Below, one piece after another: positions 1 through 13,300 of a stretch of 64,000 bases of DNA (its first letter is position 1; each line of letters begins with the position of its first letter). The DNA is taken from assembly GCA_965112735.1 (NCBI GenBank), contig OZ218952.1:3906001-3970000 (forward strand), written 5' to 3'. Under the pieces are notes generated by a model. That model saw nothing but the letters and a program-made list of their open reading frames with translations, searched no databases and was not told the DNA's origin. The translations under genes were made by a program, and so were the position numbers. This DNA comes from Phaeosaccion multiseriatum. Lineage: Eukaryota; Protista; Ochrophyta, other classes.

Positions 1-1710
1 CTCCTGGTCCTCCTGGTCCTCCTGCCCACCACGCTTGCTGCTCGTCAGACTCTTCGAGAGAAGACAAGGACGACGCACCACCGCCGCTGCCCCAGCTATT
101 GCTGCGCACACTGCGGTGCTCGCCTTCGGGGGAGGAGACGTTCCCCACCCTAGAGCCGTGCGTCGGTGACGAGCCATTGGCAGCAATCATCCGATTGTAA
201 ACACCGTAGCCGTGGGGAGGACGAGGAGGCCGAGGACCATAGTACACCGGCCCGGATGGCACAGTATTGACCGAGTCTGGCCCCGTTCCGTGGGCATGTT
301 GAACGCCTCCGCCCGCCGAGAGGTGGGCGTGGTGACCATGCCCAGTGTGGATGGTGGGCGATGGTGCGATTACGGGTACCGGGTATAGCGCGGCTTGATG
401 GTTCTCAGTCAAGCCGGCTGTTGCTGCTGCTGTATCACCAACTCCTGCTGCTGGAGCCCTCCCCCCTGGACTGGCGCTGAAGCTGACACGATGGTGGGAC
501 GGCGGCGATGGCGGAGATGGCAGTGGAAGGCACACTGGCGTGTCGTCGTCGTGCAGAGGGAAGGCAGAGATCACCGAGCCAAGCTCACTGCTGTCAAGCG
601 CGCTCAGCTCACTACTGTCAAGCGCCTCCGCCGCCGAGCTGGTAAGGCCGCTGGACAGGCTGACGCTGATGCTGCTGGGGGGCGAGGCCTGGAGAATGCC
701 ATCCGCGGCAGGAGGGGCTAAAGGGGGCTGAGTCGGAGCGGCCGTGACGGGGGAGCGCTGGTCCTGCTCGGCTGACTTGCCGACACCCCTTACCCCGTTG
801 GGCTTGACATTGGGCTTGGCATGCTTCTTATCAGATGGGGCAAGATGGAACGACCCCAAAGTCTTGTCGGACGAAGAGGGAGGCGACGCCACAGCCACCT
901 CGTGATGGCGATGATGCGGGGGACACCGATCTTGATGATACCCGCTCAGACCCTCGGACGGAGGAGAGAAGCGCTCGCTGCTGCTGGTGCCGCTGTCCGA
1001 GTGGAAGCTACCGCTGTCCGCGCGCTGGATATAGGAGTAGTTGTCTGCCGGGAAAGTCGCCGTCTGAAGCACGTGGTGCGGAGGGGGGGTAGGAGGAGGA
1101 GGAGGAGGGGGGAGAGAGGGAGGAGGATCAAGAGGAGACCCCCCTCTAAGTTGTAGGAAGCACTGCTCTTGGTCGAGCAGCAGTTGCTGCAGCTGTTGCT
1201 GTACCTCCCGCTGTTGCTGCTGCTGCTGAGCCATTAGCCGTTGCTGCTGCTCCGCCGGAAGAAGCAGGATGGGTGGCGCTGGGAGGGACGGGCCGCTCAA
1301 CGCCCCCACACTCTGCACTACAGTAGTGCCGCAAGGGAGCGCGACAGGATGAGCATCGTGATCGTAGGGCGGGAAGGACATGCATCGATGGTGGTGGTGG
1401 TGGTGGCGAGGTCGATAGGAGACAGCAGTGCTCCTCCCCCCCCCGCCCTTCTTCTCTGCACCCGTTGCTCTTAAAGCAGTATCTCGCTGTGGTCTTGCTG
1501 CTGCTGCACCTGCCGCGGTTGCTACCGTCGCTGCTGTGGTTGTTGCCTTGGCTGCTGTTGCCCTTCGTTGTTTTGAAACTCCAGTGGAGGTAGCAGCTCC
1601 TCCGGGCGCCGACGCGGCCGAAGATGAGCCACCCCCACCAGCGCTAGACGCAGCGACCGCCTCCTGAGGAGCGTGGGTCTTCATGTCTGCCCAAGGCTTG
1701 GCTATGGAGC
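1..1710 (-). CDS. Large exon of a low-complexity (S/P/A/Q-rich) hypothetical protein; runs off the window at position 1. Upstream exons probably include 1807-1815 and one ending at 2000
   Basis: Minus-strand frame is open from the CAG acceptor (1713-1711) to position 1, about 570 codons with no stop (..GSIAKPWADMKTHAPQE..). It is missing from the ORF track because no stop lies in the window. Start codon not identified. Confidence 0.6.
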
Positions 1711-2639
1711 CTGAGGGATTAGGGGGAACGAGGGGGGGAGAGAAGCGGAGAGAAGTCGGGGGAGAGAGCAAGGATAGAGGCAAGTGTCAAGGCGAGAGGT
1801 ACTCACCCAGAAGCGCTACACGGGTCGTACAGACAAGAGAGGCAAGGTTGCGAAAGGACCGGACCGAAGAGGCGTGAGCAGATGAGCGGATGCGGGTAGC
1901 AGAAGCACGTTGTTCGAAGCGAAGAAACGAAGAAGAGGAAGAAAGGGGAAAAGAGGGGGGTGGAGGGGTGGGAAGAGGGTCCAGCGGGAGAAGTCTCACC
2001 CTCGCCACTCTTGCGAAAGAACAAATCGTGCCGGGGCGCTGTGCTCAGGCGCTGCGCCGAGGATGGATGCAAAACTTGTGGCCAGAACTTGCCACGGCGT
2101 CGGCTCGCCCTCGCTGTTGCCCTTCCTCTATCAGTTCCTAACCATGGCGCCTGCCATCCCTCGATGCTGCAGCTTTGCAGCTTTGCACTTTAGTGTGGTG
2201 GTGTCTAGCTGGAGATCAGAGCGATTCAAAAAAGAGCCCTATTTTTCAAGTGGCGACGATGCCTCGGGCGTTAGACGTTTTCGTTCATTTCATTTCATGC
2301 TCACGCTGCATGCTGATGCTGCTCTCTGCATGAGGTCGAGCTTCTCTCTCGAGGGGGAAGTGTTGCCCCTACAGCCTCATATTCATTGCCTTAGTACGTG
2401 TAACTGTCACCATGCCCATATGACATCTTACGTGGCACAATGAGGTGGCACACAGCCCACCGGGAGTAGTAGTCTGTGGCGCTCCCTCACTCTTAGCTTA
2501 TCCACCCTAAAGCTAAAGGAGACTCGGTTCTTTACTAGAGCTGAGGCAAGGCCTCCAAACTTTACAACCTTGCACCCATCTCTTCAAATATTGGCTCACT
2601 TTCCGACTTGCTAGCGATAGCGGGATTGGCTACACCTGT

Positions 2640-2804
2640 CTGTCGGGCATCCGCACCGTGGACGTGGGGTCCCCGCAGCTGTCCATGCACAGCATCAGGG
2701 AGGTGATGGCTACGGACGATGCCATTTACGGCTACAAGCACATCAAGGCCTGCTTCGAGCACTTCGCTCAGCTGGATGCAGAGCTTAGCAAGGGCAAGTT
2801 GTAA
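2640..2804 (+). pseudogene. Isolated C-terminal fragment of aspartyl aminopeptidase (peptidase M18, DNPEP-like)
   Basis: Translates LSGIRTVDVGSPQLSMHSIREVMATDDAIYGYKHIKACFEHFAQLDAELSKGKL*, containing the M18 'GxRTVDVGxPQLSMHSIRE' motif. The expected upstream GSTIGP motif and the rest of the gene are absent. Confidence 0.8.
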
Positions 2805-3513
2805 TACGCAAGTGGCTTTTGCCTGTGAGAAGCCCCTCCCTCCCTCCCTCCCTCCGTCCGTCCTCTACCGTCGAGTGCCTTACTGAGCGCAACCAGCCTG
2901 ACTTGATGCGGGTGGAGCTGTCTCCTTTCTCAAGGCTGCGGCGGCGGCGGCTGCTGCTTTGGGGGGGGGGGGGGGCAAACCCCAGCAAGGCGCACCAAAG
3001 GGCAGTAGTAGCAGCAACCGGAACAGCACCGCAGCGTCAGCGGCATAGCAGGCAGTAACAGCGGTGGTAGCACAGGCAGCGCCTCTGGCTCCTCTTCCTC
3101 TTTCACAGTAGTGATTGCTTAGGGCTGACTCCTTGTACCCCTGTTGGGTGAGCCTCGTGTGTGTGTGCTACGTAAGGCCGTTGGGCCGTTGCGCCAGCCG
3201 GCGTACGCATGCCCTGCCTTCTACACATCCATTTTCTCCTTCTAATCTGCCGGTCCTTCCCTACCTGAAAAAAATGTTTTTGATCTATCGACTCTAAACT
3301 CGCTCTGCTGGAAAAACTCTGTCCTGTCTGCCTGCCTGTCAATTCCTACCCCCACCCACAATTTTCAAAACACACTGCACATTGAAGGCTGCTTTGGCCG
3401 ACGTGCCCGAGATCAACTCCAGCAACGCCAAGCTGTCGACGCAATACTTCTCTCACATGATGGCCTATCAGCTCGTCTCTACTGGATGGTGCTGCTGCTG
3501 CTACTGCTGCTGT

Positions 3514-3546
<33 letters not shown>

Positions 3547-3600
3547 CGCTGCTACCGCCAATGCCCAGGCTCGCCACGCTGCCGTCAATCCCCGGGCCGG

Positions 3601-6135
3601 TCAGCTTGTTGCTGCTGCCGCTGCTGCTGCCTCCCCGCCGCCGCTCTTGCTCTTCCTCTTGCCTCGCTTGCGCTGCGGCGTATCGGATGCCCTCGAGGCT
3701 ATCCCCTGCAGATCAAGACCCTTCAGCTTCCCGCCCCCGCCTGGTTTTGACACCACCTTTTCCCCTGCCAGCACCATCTTCTTGGTCACGCCAAAGTCCC
3801 CGAAGAACACGCTAGTACCCTCTGCTTTGGGCCATTGATCCATGAGTCTGAGAAGTCCTCGGGGCAGCTGCACACGGGCTTGCTTCCTCCACACGGTCAT
3901 GGTTACCTCATGGTTGAGGACTTCCTCACCCTTCCATAGCCACGACATCTGGACCGTTAGAGAACTAGACTTCCTTTTCTTTGCTTTTCCGCCTGAAACA
4001 CATAAAACACGTGGGGATTGGGGAGTTAAGTTCTGTTTCAGTACGAGAAGAGGAAGAGACGGAACGGGAAAAGGAGGCTCAGCTCATCTCTCCCGCTTCA
4101 AAGGAGGGGACGCGCACAGGATACGAAGGCAGTCCTTGCATCGCACGCACTTTAAACACACACACACACACATGCATGCATATGCACCCCCACCCACACA
4201 CACGGCAACACGGAAGAATGTATAGCCGGACTCCTATTTTTCCCACGTACCTGACGCGCTGCCTGTTGTTGAGCGAATGTCAAGCGGTCACATGGCAACA
4301 GCGGTCGGCCAGAGAGACAGGATGGAGGATAAGCGGAAGGGAGAGCGGGCACGGGCGAGCGAGTCAAGCCACACACACGCACGCACAAACAACACACGCA
4401 CACTCGCTCCATCACAACAGGATTGGTGAGTTTCAACTGATTTTGTCCATGTACACCACTCCAACAGACAAACACACATCACACATTGTCAACGACCAGC
4501 AATGTCTAACTCACCTGCTTCCGCTGCATGCACGGACTTGAGCTCGCCACGGCAAGTGCCATGCAGTTTGGCGGCTTTGGCGCTATCGCGCACACCGAGG
4601 AGTGCCCGAGCGTCTCCCTCACAGGCATCGCCCAGCGAGCATCTAAAGCCCTTCGACGCTGCCGCTGCCGGGCCTTTCGGGTGGGGGTGGTGGGGGGAGA
4701 GAGGTGACACACCGGGGACGGCGTCAATTACAGCCAAAGCGTGATGGAAACAGCGCCAGCAACACCCATAGCACACAGCACGCACAAACAACACACGCAC
4801 ACTCGCTCCATCACAACAGGAACATGTACAGACATACAGACATACGCACCCCCCACTCTTTGCTTTGCTCTCTCTTTCACCCACACCCACACCCACACCC
4901 ACCCACACACACGGCAACACGGAAGAATGTATAGCCGGACTCCTATTTTTCCCACGTACCTCCCGCGCTGCCTGTTGTTGAGCGAATGTCAAGCGGTCAC
5001 ATGGCAACAGCGGTCGGCCAGAGAGACAGGATGGAGGATAAGCGGAAGGGAGAGCGGGCACGGGCGAGCGAGTCAAGCCACACACACGCACGCACAAACA
5101 ACACACGCACACTCGCTCCATCACAACAGGAACATGTACACAACTCCAACAGACAAACACACATCACACATCGCACGCACTTTAAACACACACACACACA
5201 CACATGCATGCATATGCACCCCCACCCACACACACGGCAACACGGAAGAATGTATAGCCGGACTCCTATTTTTCCCACGTACCTCCCGCGCTGCCTGTTG
5301 TTGATCGAATGTCAAGCGGTCACATGGCAACAGCGGTCGGCCAGAGAGACAGGATGGAGGATAAGCGGAAGGGAGAGCGGGCACGGGCGAGCGAGTCAAG
5401 CCACACACACGCACGCACAAACAACACACGCACACTCGCTCCATCACAACAGGATTGGTGAGTTTCAACTGATTTTGTCCATGTACACCACTCCAACAGA
5501 CAAACACACATCACACATTGTCAACGACCAGCCATGTCTAACTCACCAGCTACCGCAGCATGCACCGACCGGAGCTCGCCAGGGCAAGTGGTAAGGTCAT
5601 GCAGTTCGGCGGCTTCCTCCTCATCGCGCACACCGAGGAGTGCCCGAGCGTCTCCCTCACAGGCATCGCCCAGCGAGCATCTAAAGCCCTTCGACGCTGC
5701 CGTTGCCGTGCCTTTCGGGTGGGGGTGGTGGGGGGAGAGAGGTGACACACCGGGGACGGCGTCAATTACAGCCAAAGCGTGATGGAAACAGCGCCAGCAA
5801 CACCCATAGCACACACGCACGCACAAACAACACACGCACACTCGCTCCATCACAACAGGAACATGTACAGACATACAGACATACGCACCCCCCACTCTTT
5901 GCTTTGCTCTCTCTTTCACCCACACCCACACCCACACCCACCCACACGCACACAATTCATTCACACGCGCGCACACACACACACACACTCGACACCCACC
6001 ACACGCACGCACACCACACGCACACACACACACACACCACACAGACCCCCCCACTCTTTGCTTTGCTCTCTCTCTCTCTCTCTCTCACCCACACCCACAC
6101 ACGCGCACTCGACACCCACCACACGCACGCACACC

Positions 6136-6177
<42 letters not shown>

Positions 6178-6479
6178 TCACACGCACACACATTCACACA
6201 CACATACACACTGACACGCGCGCACACACACACACATTCACACGCACACACGTGCACTCGCACACACACGCACACGCACACACACATACACAGACCCCCC
6301 CACTCTTTGCTTTGCTCTCTCTCTCTCTCTCTCACACCCACACCCACAGACGTGCACTCGACACCCACCACACGCACGCACACCACACACACACACACAC
6401 ACACACACCACACACACTCGCGCGCACTCGCACACACACACACAGTGTGTATGTGTGTGTGAATGTGTGTGCGTGTGAA

Positions 6480-6510
<31 letters not shown>

Positions 6511-6833
6511 GGTGTGCGTGCGTGTGGTGGGTGTCGAGTGCGCGTGTGTGGGTGTGGGTGAGAGAGAGAGAGAGAGCAAAGCAAAGAGTGGGGGGGGTCT
6601 GTGTGCGTGTGTGTGTGTGTGCGTGTGGTGTGCGTGCGTGTGGTGGGTGTCGAGTGCACGTGTGTGGGTGTGGGTGTGAGAGAGAGAGAGAGAGAGCAAA
6701 GCAAAGAGTGGGGGGGTCTGTGTATGTGTGTGTGCGTGTGCGTGTGTGTGCGAGTGCACGTGTGTGCGTGTGAATGTGTGTGTGTGTGCGCGCGTGTCAG
6801 TGTGTATGTGTGTGTGAATGTGTGTGCGTGTGA

Positions 6834-6875
<42 letters not shown>

Positions 6876-7298
6876 GGTGTGCGTGCGTGTGGTGGGTGTC
6901 GAGTGTGTGTGTGTGTGTGCGCGCGTGTGAATGAATTGTGTGCGTGTGGGTGGGTGTGGGTGTGGGTGTGGGTGAAAGAGAGAGCAAAGCAAAGAGTGGG
7001 GGGTGCGTATGTCTGTATGTCTGTGTATGTGTGTGTGTGTGTGTGCGAGTGCGCGCGTGTGTGTGTGGTGTGTGTGTGTGTGTGTGCGTGTGGTGTGCGT
7101 GCGTGTGGTGGGTGTCGAGTGCACGTGTGTGGGTGTGGGTGTGTGAGAGAGAGAGAGAGAGCAAAGCAAAGAGTGGGGGGGTCTGTGTATGTGTGTGTGC
7201 GTGTGAATGTGTGTGCGCGTGTGAATGTGTGTGTGTGTGTGTGCGTGTGTGTGCGCGCGTGTCAGTGTGTATGTGTGTGTGAATGTGTGTGCGTGTGA

Positions 7299-7338
<40 letters not shown>

Positions 7339-7558
7339 GGTGTGCGTGCGTGTGGTGGGTGTCGAGTGCACGTGTGTGGGTGTGGGTGTGAGAGAGAGAG
7401 AGAGAGAGCAAAGCAAAGAGTGGGGGGGTCTGTGTATGTGTGTGTGCGTGTGAATGTGTGTGCGCGTGTGAATGTGTGTGAGTGTGTGTGCGTGTGAATG
7501 TGTGTGTGTGTGCGCGCGTGTCAGTGTGTATGTGTGTGTGAATGTGTGTGCGTGTGAA

Positions 7559-7591
<33 letters not shown>

Positions 7592-8138
7592 GGTGTGCGT
7601 GAGAGAGAGAGAGAGAGCAAAGCAAAGAGTGGGGGGGTCTGTGTGCGTGTGTGTGTGTGTGCGTGTGGTGTGCGTGCGTGTGGTGGGTGTCGAGTGCACG
7701 TGTGTGTGCGTGTGAATGTGTGTGTGTGTGCGCGCGTGTCAGTGTGTATGTGTGTGTGAATGTGTGTGCGTGTGAATGTGTGTGTGTGTGTGTGGGTGGG
7801 TGTGTGTGTGCGTGTGGTGTGCGTGCGTGTGGTGGGTGTCGAGTGCGCGTGTGTGGGTGTGGGTGAGAGAGAGAGAGAGCAAAGCAAAGAGTGGGGGGGT
7901 CTGTGTGGTGTGTGTGTGTGTGTGTGCGTGTGGTGTGCGTGCGTGTGGTGGGTGTCGAGTGCACGTGTGTGGGTGTGGGTGTGAGAGAGAGAGAGAGAGC
8001 AAAGCAAAGAGTGGGGGGGGGTCTGTGTATGTGTGTGTGCGTGTGCGTGTGTGTGCGAGTGCACGTGTGTGCGTGTGAATATGTGTGTGTGTGCGCGCGT
8101 GTCAGTGTGTATGTGTGTGTGAATGTGTGTGCGTGTGA

Positions 8139-8176
<38 letters not shown>

Positions 8177-8261
8177 GGTGTGCGTGCGTGTGGTGGGTGT
8201 CGAGTGCGCGTGTGTGGGTGTGGGTGAGAGAGAGAGAGAGCAAAGCAAAGAGTGGGGGGGT

Positions 8262-8292
<31 letters not shown>

Positions 8293-8497
8293 GTGTGCGT
8301 GCGTGTGGTGGGTGTCGAGTGCACGTGTGTGGGTGTGGGTGTGAGAGAGAGAGAGAGAGCAAAGCAAAGAGTGGGGGGGTCTGTGTATGTGTGTGTGCGT
8401 GTGCGTGTGTGTGCGAGTGCACGTGTGTGCGTGTGAATGTGTGTGTGTGTGCGCGCGTGTCAGTGTGTATGTGTGTGTGAATGTGTGTGCGTGTGAA

Positions 8498-8528
<31 letters not shown>

Positions 8529-8613
8529 GGTGTGCGTGCGTGTGGTGGGTGTCGAGTGCGCGTGTGTGGGTGTGGGTGAGAGAGAGAGAGAGCAAAGCAA
8601 AGAGTGGGGGGGT

Positions 8614-8644
<31 letters not shown>

Positions 8645-10268
8645 GTGTGCGTGCGTGTGGTGGGTGTCGAGTGCACGTGTGTGGGTGTGGGTGTGAGAGA
8701 GAGAGAGAGAGCAAAGCAAAGAGTGGGGGGGTCTGTGTATGTGTGTGTGCGTGTGCGTGTGTGTGCGAGTGCACGTGTGTGCGTGTGAATGTGTGTGTGT
8801 GTGCGCGCGTGTCAGTGTGTATGTGTGTGTGAATGTGTGTGCGTGTGAATGTGTGTGTGTGTGTGTGTGTGTGGGTGTGCGTGTGGTGTGCGTGCGTGTG
8901 GTGGGTGTCGAGTGTGTGTGTGTGTGCGCGCGTGTGAATGAATTGTGTGCGTGTGGGTGGGTGTGGGTGTGGGTGTGGGTGAAAGAGAGAGCAAAGCAAA
9001 GAGTGGGGGGTGCGTATGTCTGTATGTCTGTGTACGTGTGTGTGTGTGTGTGCGAGTGCGCGCGTGTGTGTGTGGTGTGTGTGTGTGTGTGTGCGTGTGG
9101 TGTGCGTGCGTGTGGTGGGTGTCGAGTGCACGTGTGTGGGTGTGGGTGTGAGAGAGAGAGAGAGAGAGCAAAGCAAAGAGTGGGGGGGTCTGTGTATGTG
9201 TGTGTGCGTGTGAATGTGTGTGCGCGTGTGAATGTGTGTGTGTGTGTGTGCGTGTGGTGTGCGTGCGTGTGGTGGGTGTCGAGTGCGCGTGTGTGGGTGT
9301 GGGTGAGAGAGAGAGAGAGAGCAAAGCAAAGAGTGGGGGGGGTCTGTGTGCGTGTGTGTGTGTGTGTGCGTGTGGTGTGCGTGCGTGTGGTGGGTGTCGA
9401 GTGCACGTGTGTGGGTGTGGGTGTGAGAGAGAGAGAGAGCAAAGCAAAGAGTGGGGGGGTCTGTGTATGTGTGTGTGCGTGTGCGTGTGTGTGTATGTGT
9501 GTGTGTGTGTGCGAGTGCGCGCGTGTGTGTGTGGTGTGTGTGTGTGTGTGTGCGTGTGGTGTGCGTGCGTGTGGTGGGTGTCGAGTGCACGTGTGTGGGT
9601 GTGGGTGTGTGAGAGAGAGAGAGAGAGCAAAGCAAAGAGTGGGGGGGTCTGTGTGCGTGTGTGTGTGTGTGCGTGTGGTGTGCGTGCGTGTGGTGGGTGT
9701 CGAGTGCACGTGTGTGTGCGTGTGAATGTGTGTGTGTGTGCGCGCGTGTCAGTGTGTATGTGTGTGTGAATGTGTGTGCGTGTGAATGTGTGTGTGTGTG
9801 TGTGGGTGGGTGTGCGTGTGGCTGCGTGTGCGCGTGTGAATGTGTGTGAGTGTGTGTGCGTGTCAGTGTGTGTGTGCGCGCGTGTGAATGAATTGTGTGC
9901 GTGTGGGTGGGTGTGGGTGTGGGTGTGGGTGAAAGAGAGAGCAAAGCAAAGAGTGGGGGGTGCGTATGTCTGTATGTCTGTGTATGTGTGTGTGTGTGTG
10001 TGCGAGTGCGCGCGTGTGTGTGTGGTGTGTGTGTGTGTGTGTGCGTGTGGTGTGCGTGCGTGTGGTGGGTGTCGAGTGCACGTGTGTGGGTGTGGGTGTG
10101 AGAGAGAGAGAGAGAGAGCAAAGCAAAGAGTTGGGGGGGTCTGTGTATGTGTGTGTGCGTGTGAATGTGTGTGCGCGTGTGAATGTGTGTGAGTGTGTGT
10201 GCGTGTCAGTGTGTGTGTGTGTGCGCGCGTGTCAGTGTGTATGTGTGTGTGAATGTGTGTGCGTGTGA

Positions 10269-10304
<36 letters not shown>

Positions 10305-13300
10305 GGTGTGCGTGCGTGTGGTGGGTGTCGAGTGCGCGTGTGTGGGTGTGGGTGAGAGAGAGAGAGAGAGCAAAGCAAAGAGTGGGGGGGTCTGTGTGCG
10401 TGTGTGTGTGTGTGTGCGTGTGGTGTGCGTGCGTGTGGTGGGTGTCGAGTGCACGTGTGTGGGTGTGGGTGTGAGAGAGAGAGTCGAGAGCAAAGCAAAG
10501 AGTGGGGACATACAGACATACGCACCCCCCACTCTTTGCTTTGCTCTCTCTTTCACCCACACCCACACCCACACCCACCCACACGCACACAATTCATTCA
10601 CACGCGCACACACACTCACACACATTCACACGCACACACGCAGCCACACGCACACCCACCCACACACACACACACACATTCACACGCACACCACTCCAAC
10701 AGACAAACACACATCACACATTGTCCACGACCAACTCACCAAGTTCCACAGCATGCACGGACTTGAGCTCGCCAGGGCAAGCGGTAAGGTCATGCAGTTC
10801 GGCGGCTTCCTCCTCATTGCGCACACCGAGGAGTGCCCGAGCGTCTCCGTCACAGGCATCGCCCAGCGAGCATCTAAAGCCCTTCGACGCTGCCGCTGCC
10901 ATGCCTTTCGGGTGGGGGTGGTGGGGGGAGAGAGGTGACACACCGGGGACGGCGTCAATTACAGCCAAAGCGTGATGGAAACAGCGCCAGCAACACCCAT
11001 AGCACACAGCACGCACACCCACCCACACACACACACACACATTCACACGCACACCACTCCAACAGACAAACACACATCACACATTGTCAACGACCAGCAA
11101 TGTCTAACTCACCAGCATGGTGATGGGACTTGGAAACCCACACCCCGGCGGCATTCTTCACAAAGGCCCTTTCCCCTTCGCTGTAGCTCCATGTCGAAAT
11201 TCGGGATACATTGGGATAAGCCTTCTGGGCTCCGTCCACCACCGCATCTGTGTCGTGAGAGGTGTTAACGAGGATCTTGAGCTGCCCATCGGTGTTGGGA
11301 TATATGACTCGCTCCCCCTCGGGGTATGGGCCCAGTGGCCCAGTGTAGGACCTGAGGGAAGGCAGAAGGCTCATGACTTCCCTCGGGGCGGGCGCGCGGA
11401 GGGGACCATCATGAATATCAGGCGTACGCTTTGCAGCACTGATTGAGAGCTTCTCCAAGGTCTTCAGTGTCCCATCAAGGGCGAGGAAGGCCTCCCAAGT
11501 CGCTGCGGATAAGCAGGTCATGGTGAGCGAGAGCACGGCTCCGTGCTGCTGTATCGCCCGTAGCACCCTCAAGGCGAGCTCCGCATCCAGCCTGCGCAGT
11601 CTGCCGCTGGACGCGTCAATGCCCCGGGTGAATATGATGGGCTCGAGGCATGGGGTGCCAGGGTGGGCGCGGGCGAGGGCAGCGGTCATCGGCAGGGCCT
11701 GTTCGAGTAAGTTGATGGCCTCTCCCTCCTTTCCGGACTCGCAGAGGACGTTCATGATTGTGTTGAGGGTCATGACGCACTCTCCCGGCGAAAGTGCGAG
11801 CCGCAGCTGGTCCAGGGTGCTCACCACTGCCTTCTGGTCCAGGGTGCTCACCACTGCCTTCACCATGGTCTTCTTCTTCACGTCCTCCAGAATGCACCTA
11901 TTGACGTGCTCCCCAAACCGCATCAGCTGGGCGGTTTCGGGGAGCGCCAAAAAGTCGTGATACCAGCCTGACGGGTTGGCACTCCACAACACTGGGAACG
12001 CTGCCGCTGCCTTCTCAATTTCCTTGCGGATATACCCGGTGCGGGAGAGGCCCAGGACCCCAGTGGGCTTCAGAAGCCCCAGCAGCTCCTTCAGGAGGTC
12101 GCCCCCAATCCTGACCAGACTGGGCGGCAGGCGTGTGACATTCCTTCGGGTTGTTCGGTAGCTGCCGCCGCTCTCCTCTGTGGCTGGCATAGGATGGCCA
12201 ACGAGGTTGAGCATGGCGGTGCCCGCCACATTCTGTGGCCCTCGCCACTTGGCAGTAAATGGCGCATTTCCCTCGTCATGGGAGCGAACCGACACGAAGT
12301 CACACACGAACGCGAATGTCAGGTCCTCAAAGTCCCCATGGTGGGCGACGAAGAGCTTGCTCGAGAAGGAGTCCATGTCGTCGACCGGGACACCCGGATA
12401 ATCGAGGGACTTCATTGTGGGCTCGACAACCAACTCCACGTGAGCGTTCACACAATCTACGTTGCTGGCGTCGGGGTTGTCACGGCGCCACCGCACGAGC
12501 CTCTCCTTGTTCTCCGCTGCCACCTTGACATTCTGCCAGGCGTTGGCACCATCCTCATGGACTATGACCTCCCCCTCCAGCTGGATGAGGTAGAAAGAAG
12601 TGCCATTGCCGCTATCCTGCCTTCTTCGAATGGACGCGACCTTTCGCAGGCGCACCGCCTTGGAAGGAACCCACACCTTCCCGCTGTCACCGCTGGTGGT
12701 GTTGGTGCTGCTGCTGATGTCGAATGTGCTCCCCCTCCCCCCCCCGCCCCCTCCTGCCCTCGCACGGTTGTTGCTGCCGCTGCTGCCGCCCCTGCTCCCA
12801 ACCGTGGCACTAGCCAGTTTCCGTCCTGCACTGGGCGCCGCTGTGCCTGAGGGGATGTTCTCCCGTTCATCGTCGTCAGCGCTGTCGCACACCTCAATGG
12901 GGTCAAGTTGCCCACCCCCACCACCGTCGTCGCGGTGCGCCAGTCCGGGGAGGCATCCAGCTGAGGCGCCTCCGCTGCCACTGCTGCTGCTGATGTCGAA
13001 TGTGCCCCCCCTCCCCCCCCCGCCCCCTCCTGCCCTCGCAGGGTTGTTGCTGCCGCTGCTGCCGCCCCTGCTCCCAACCGTGGCACTAGCCAGTTTCCGT
13101 CCTGCACTGGGCGCCGCTGTGCCTGAGGGGATGTTCTCCCGTTCATCGTCGTCAGCGCTGTCGCACACCTCAATGGGGTCAAGTTGCCTACCCCCACCAC
13201 CGTCGTCGCGGTGCGCCAGTCCGGGGAGGCATCCAGCTGAGGCGCCTCCGCTGCCACTGCTGCTGCTGATGTCGAATTTGCTCCAACTCCCCCCCCCGCC

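Noticed and set aside
2500-2512. CCCTAAA as a telomerase template, and TTAGGG-like repeats at ~47995-48025
   Set aside because: Too short or degenerate; the latter is an ordinary intronic hexamer repeat.
3380-3485. Coding-like fragment KAALADVPEINSSNAKLSTQYFSHMMAYQL
   Set aside because: Possibly another captured fragment, but no family was recognised.
6445-10507. CRISPR-like recurrence of GAGCAAAGCAAAGAGTGGGGGG
   Set aside because: The spacers are themselves repeated microsatellite modules, the context is eukaryotic, and there are no cas genes.
5703-10975. Many long His/Thr- or Cys/Val-rich ORFs (up to 812 aa)
   Set aside because: They are translations of stop-free (CA/GT)n satellite inside an intron.
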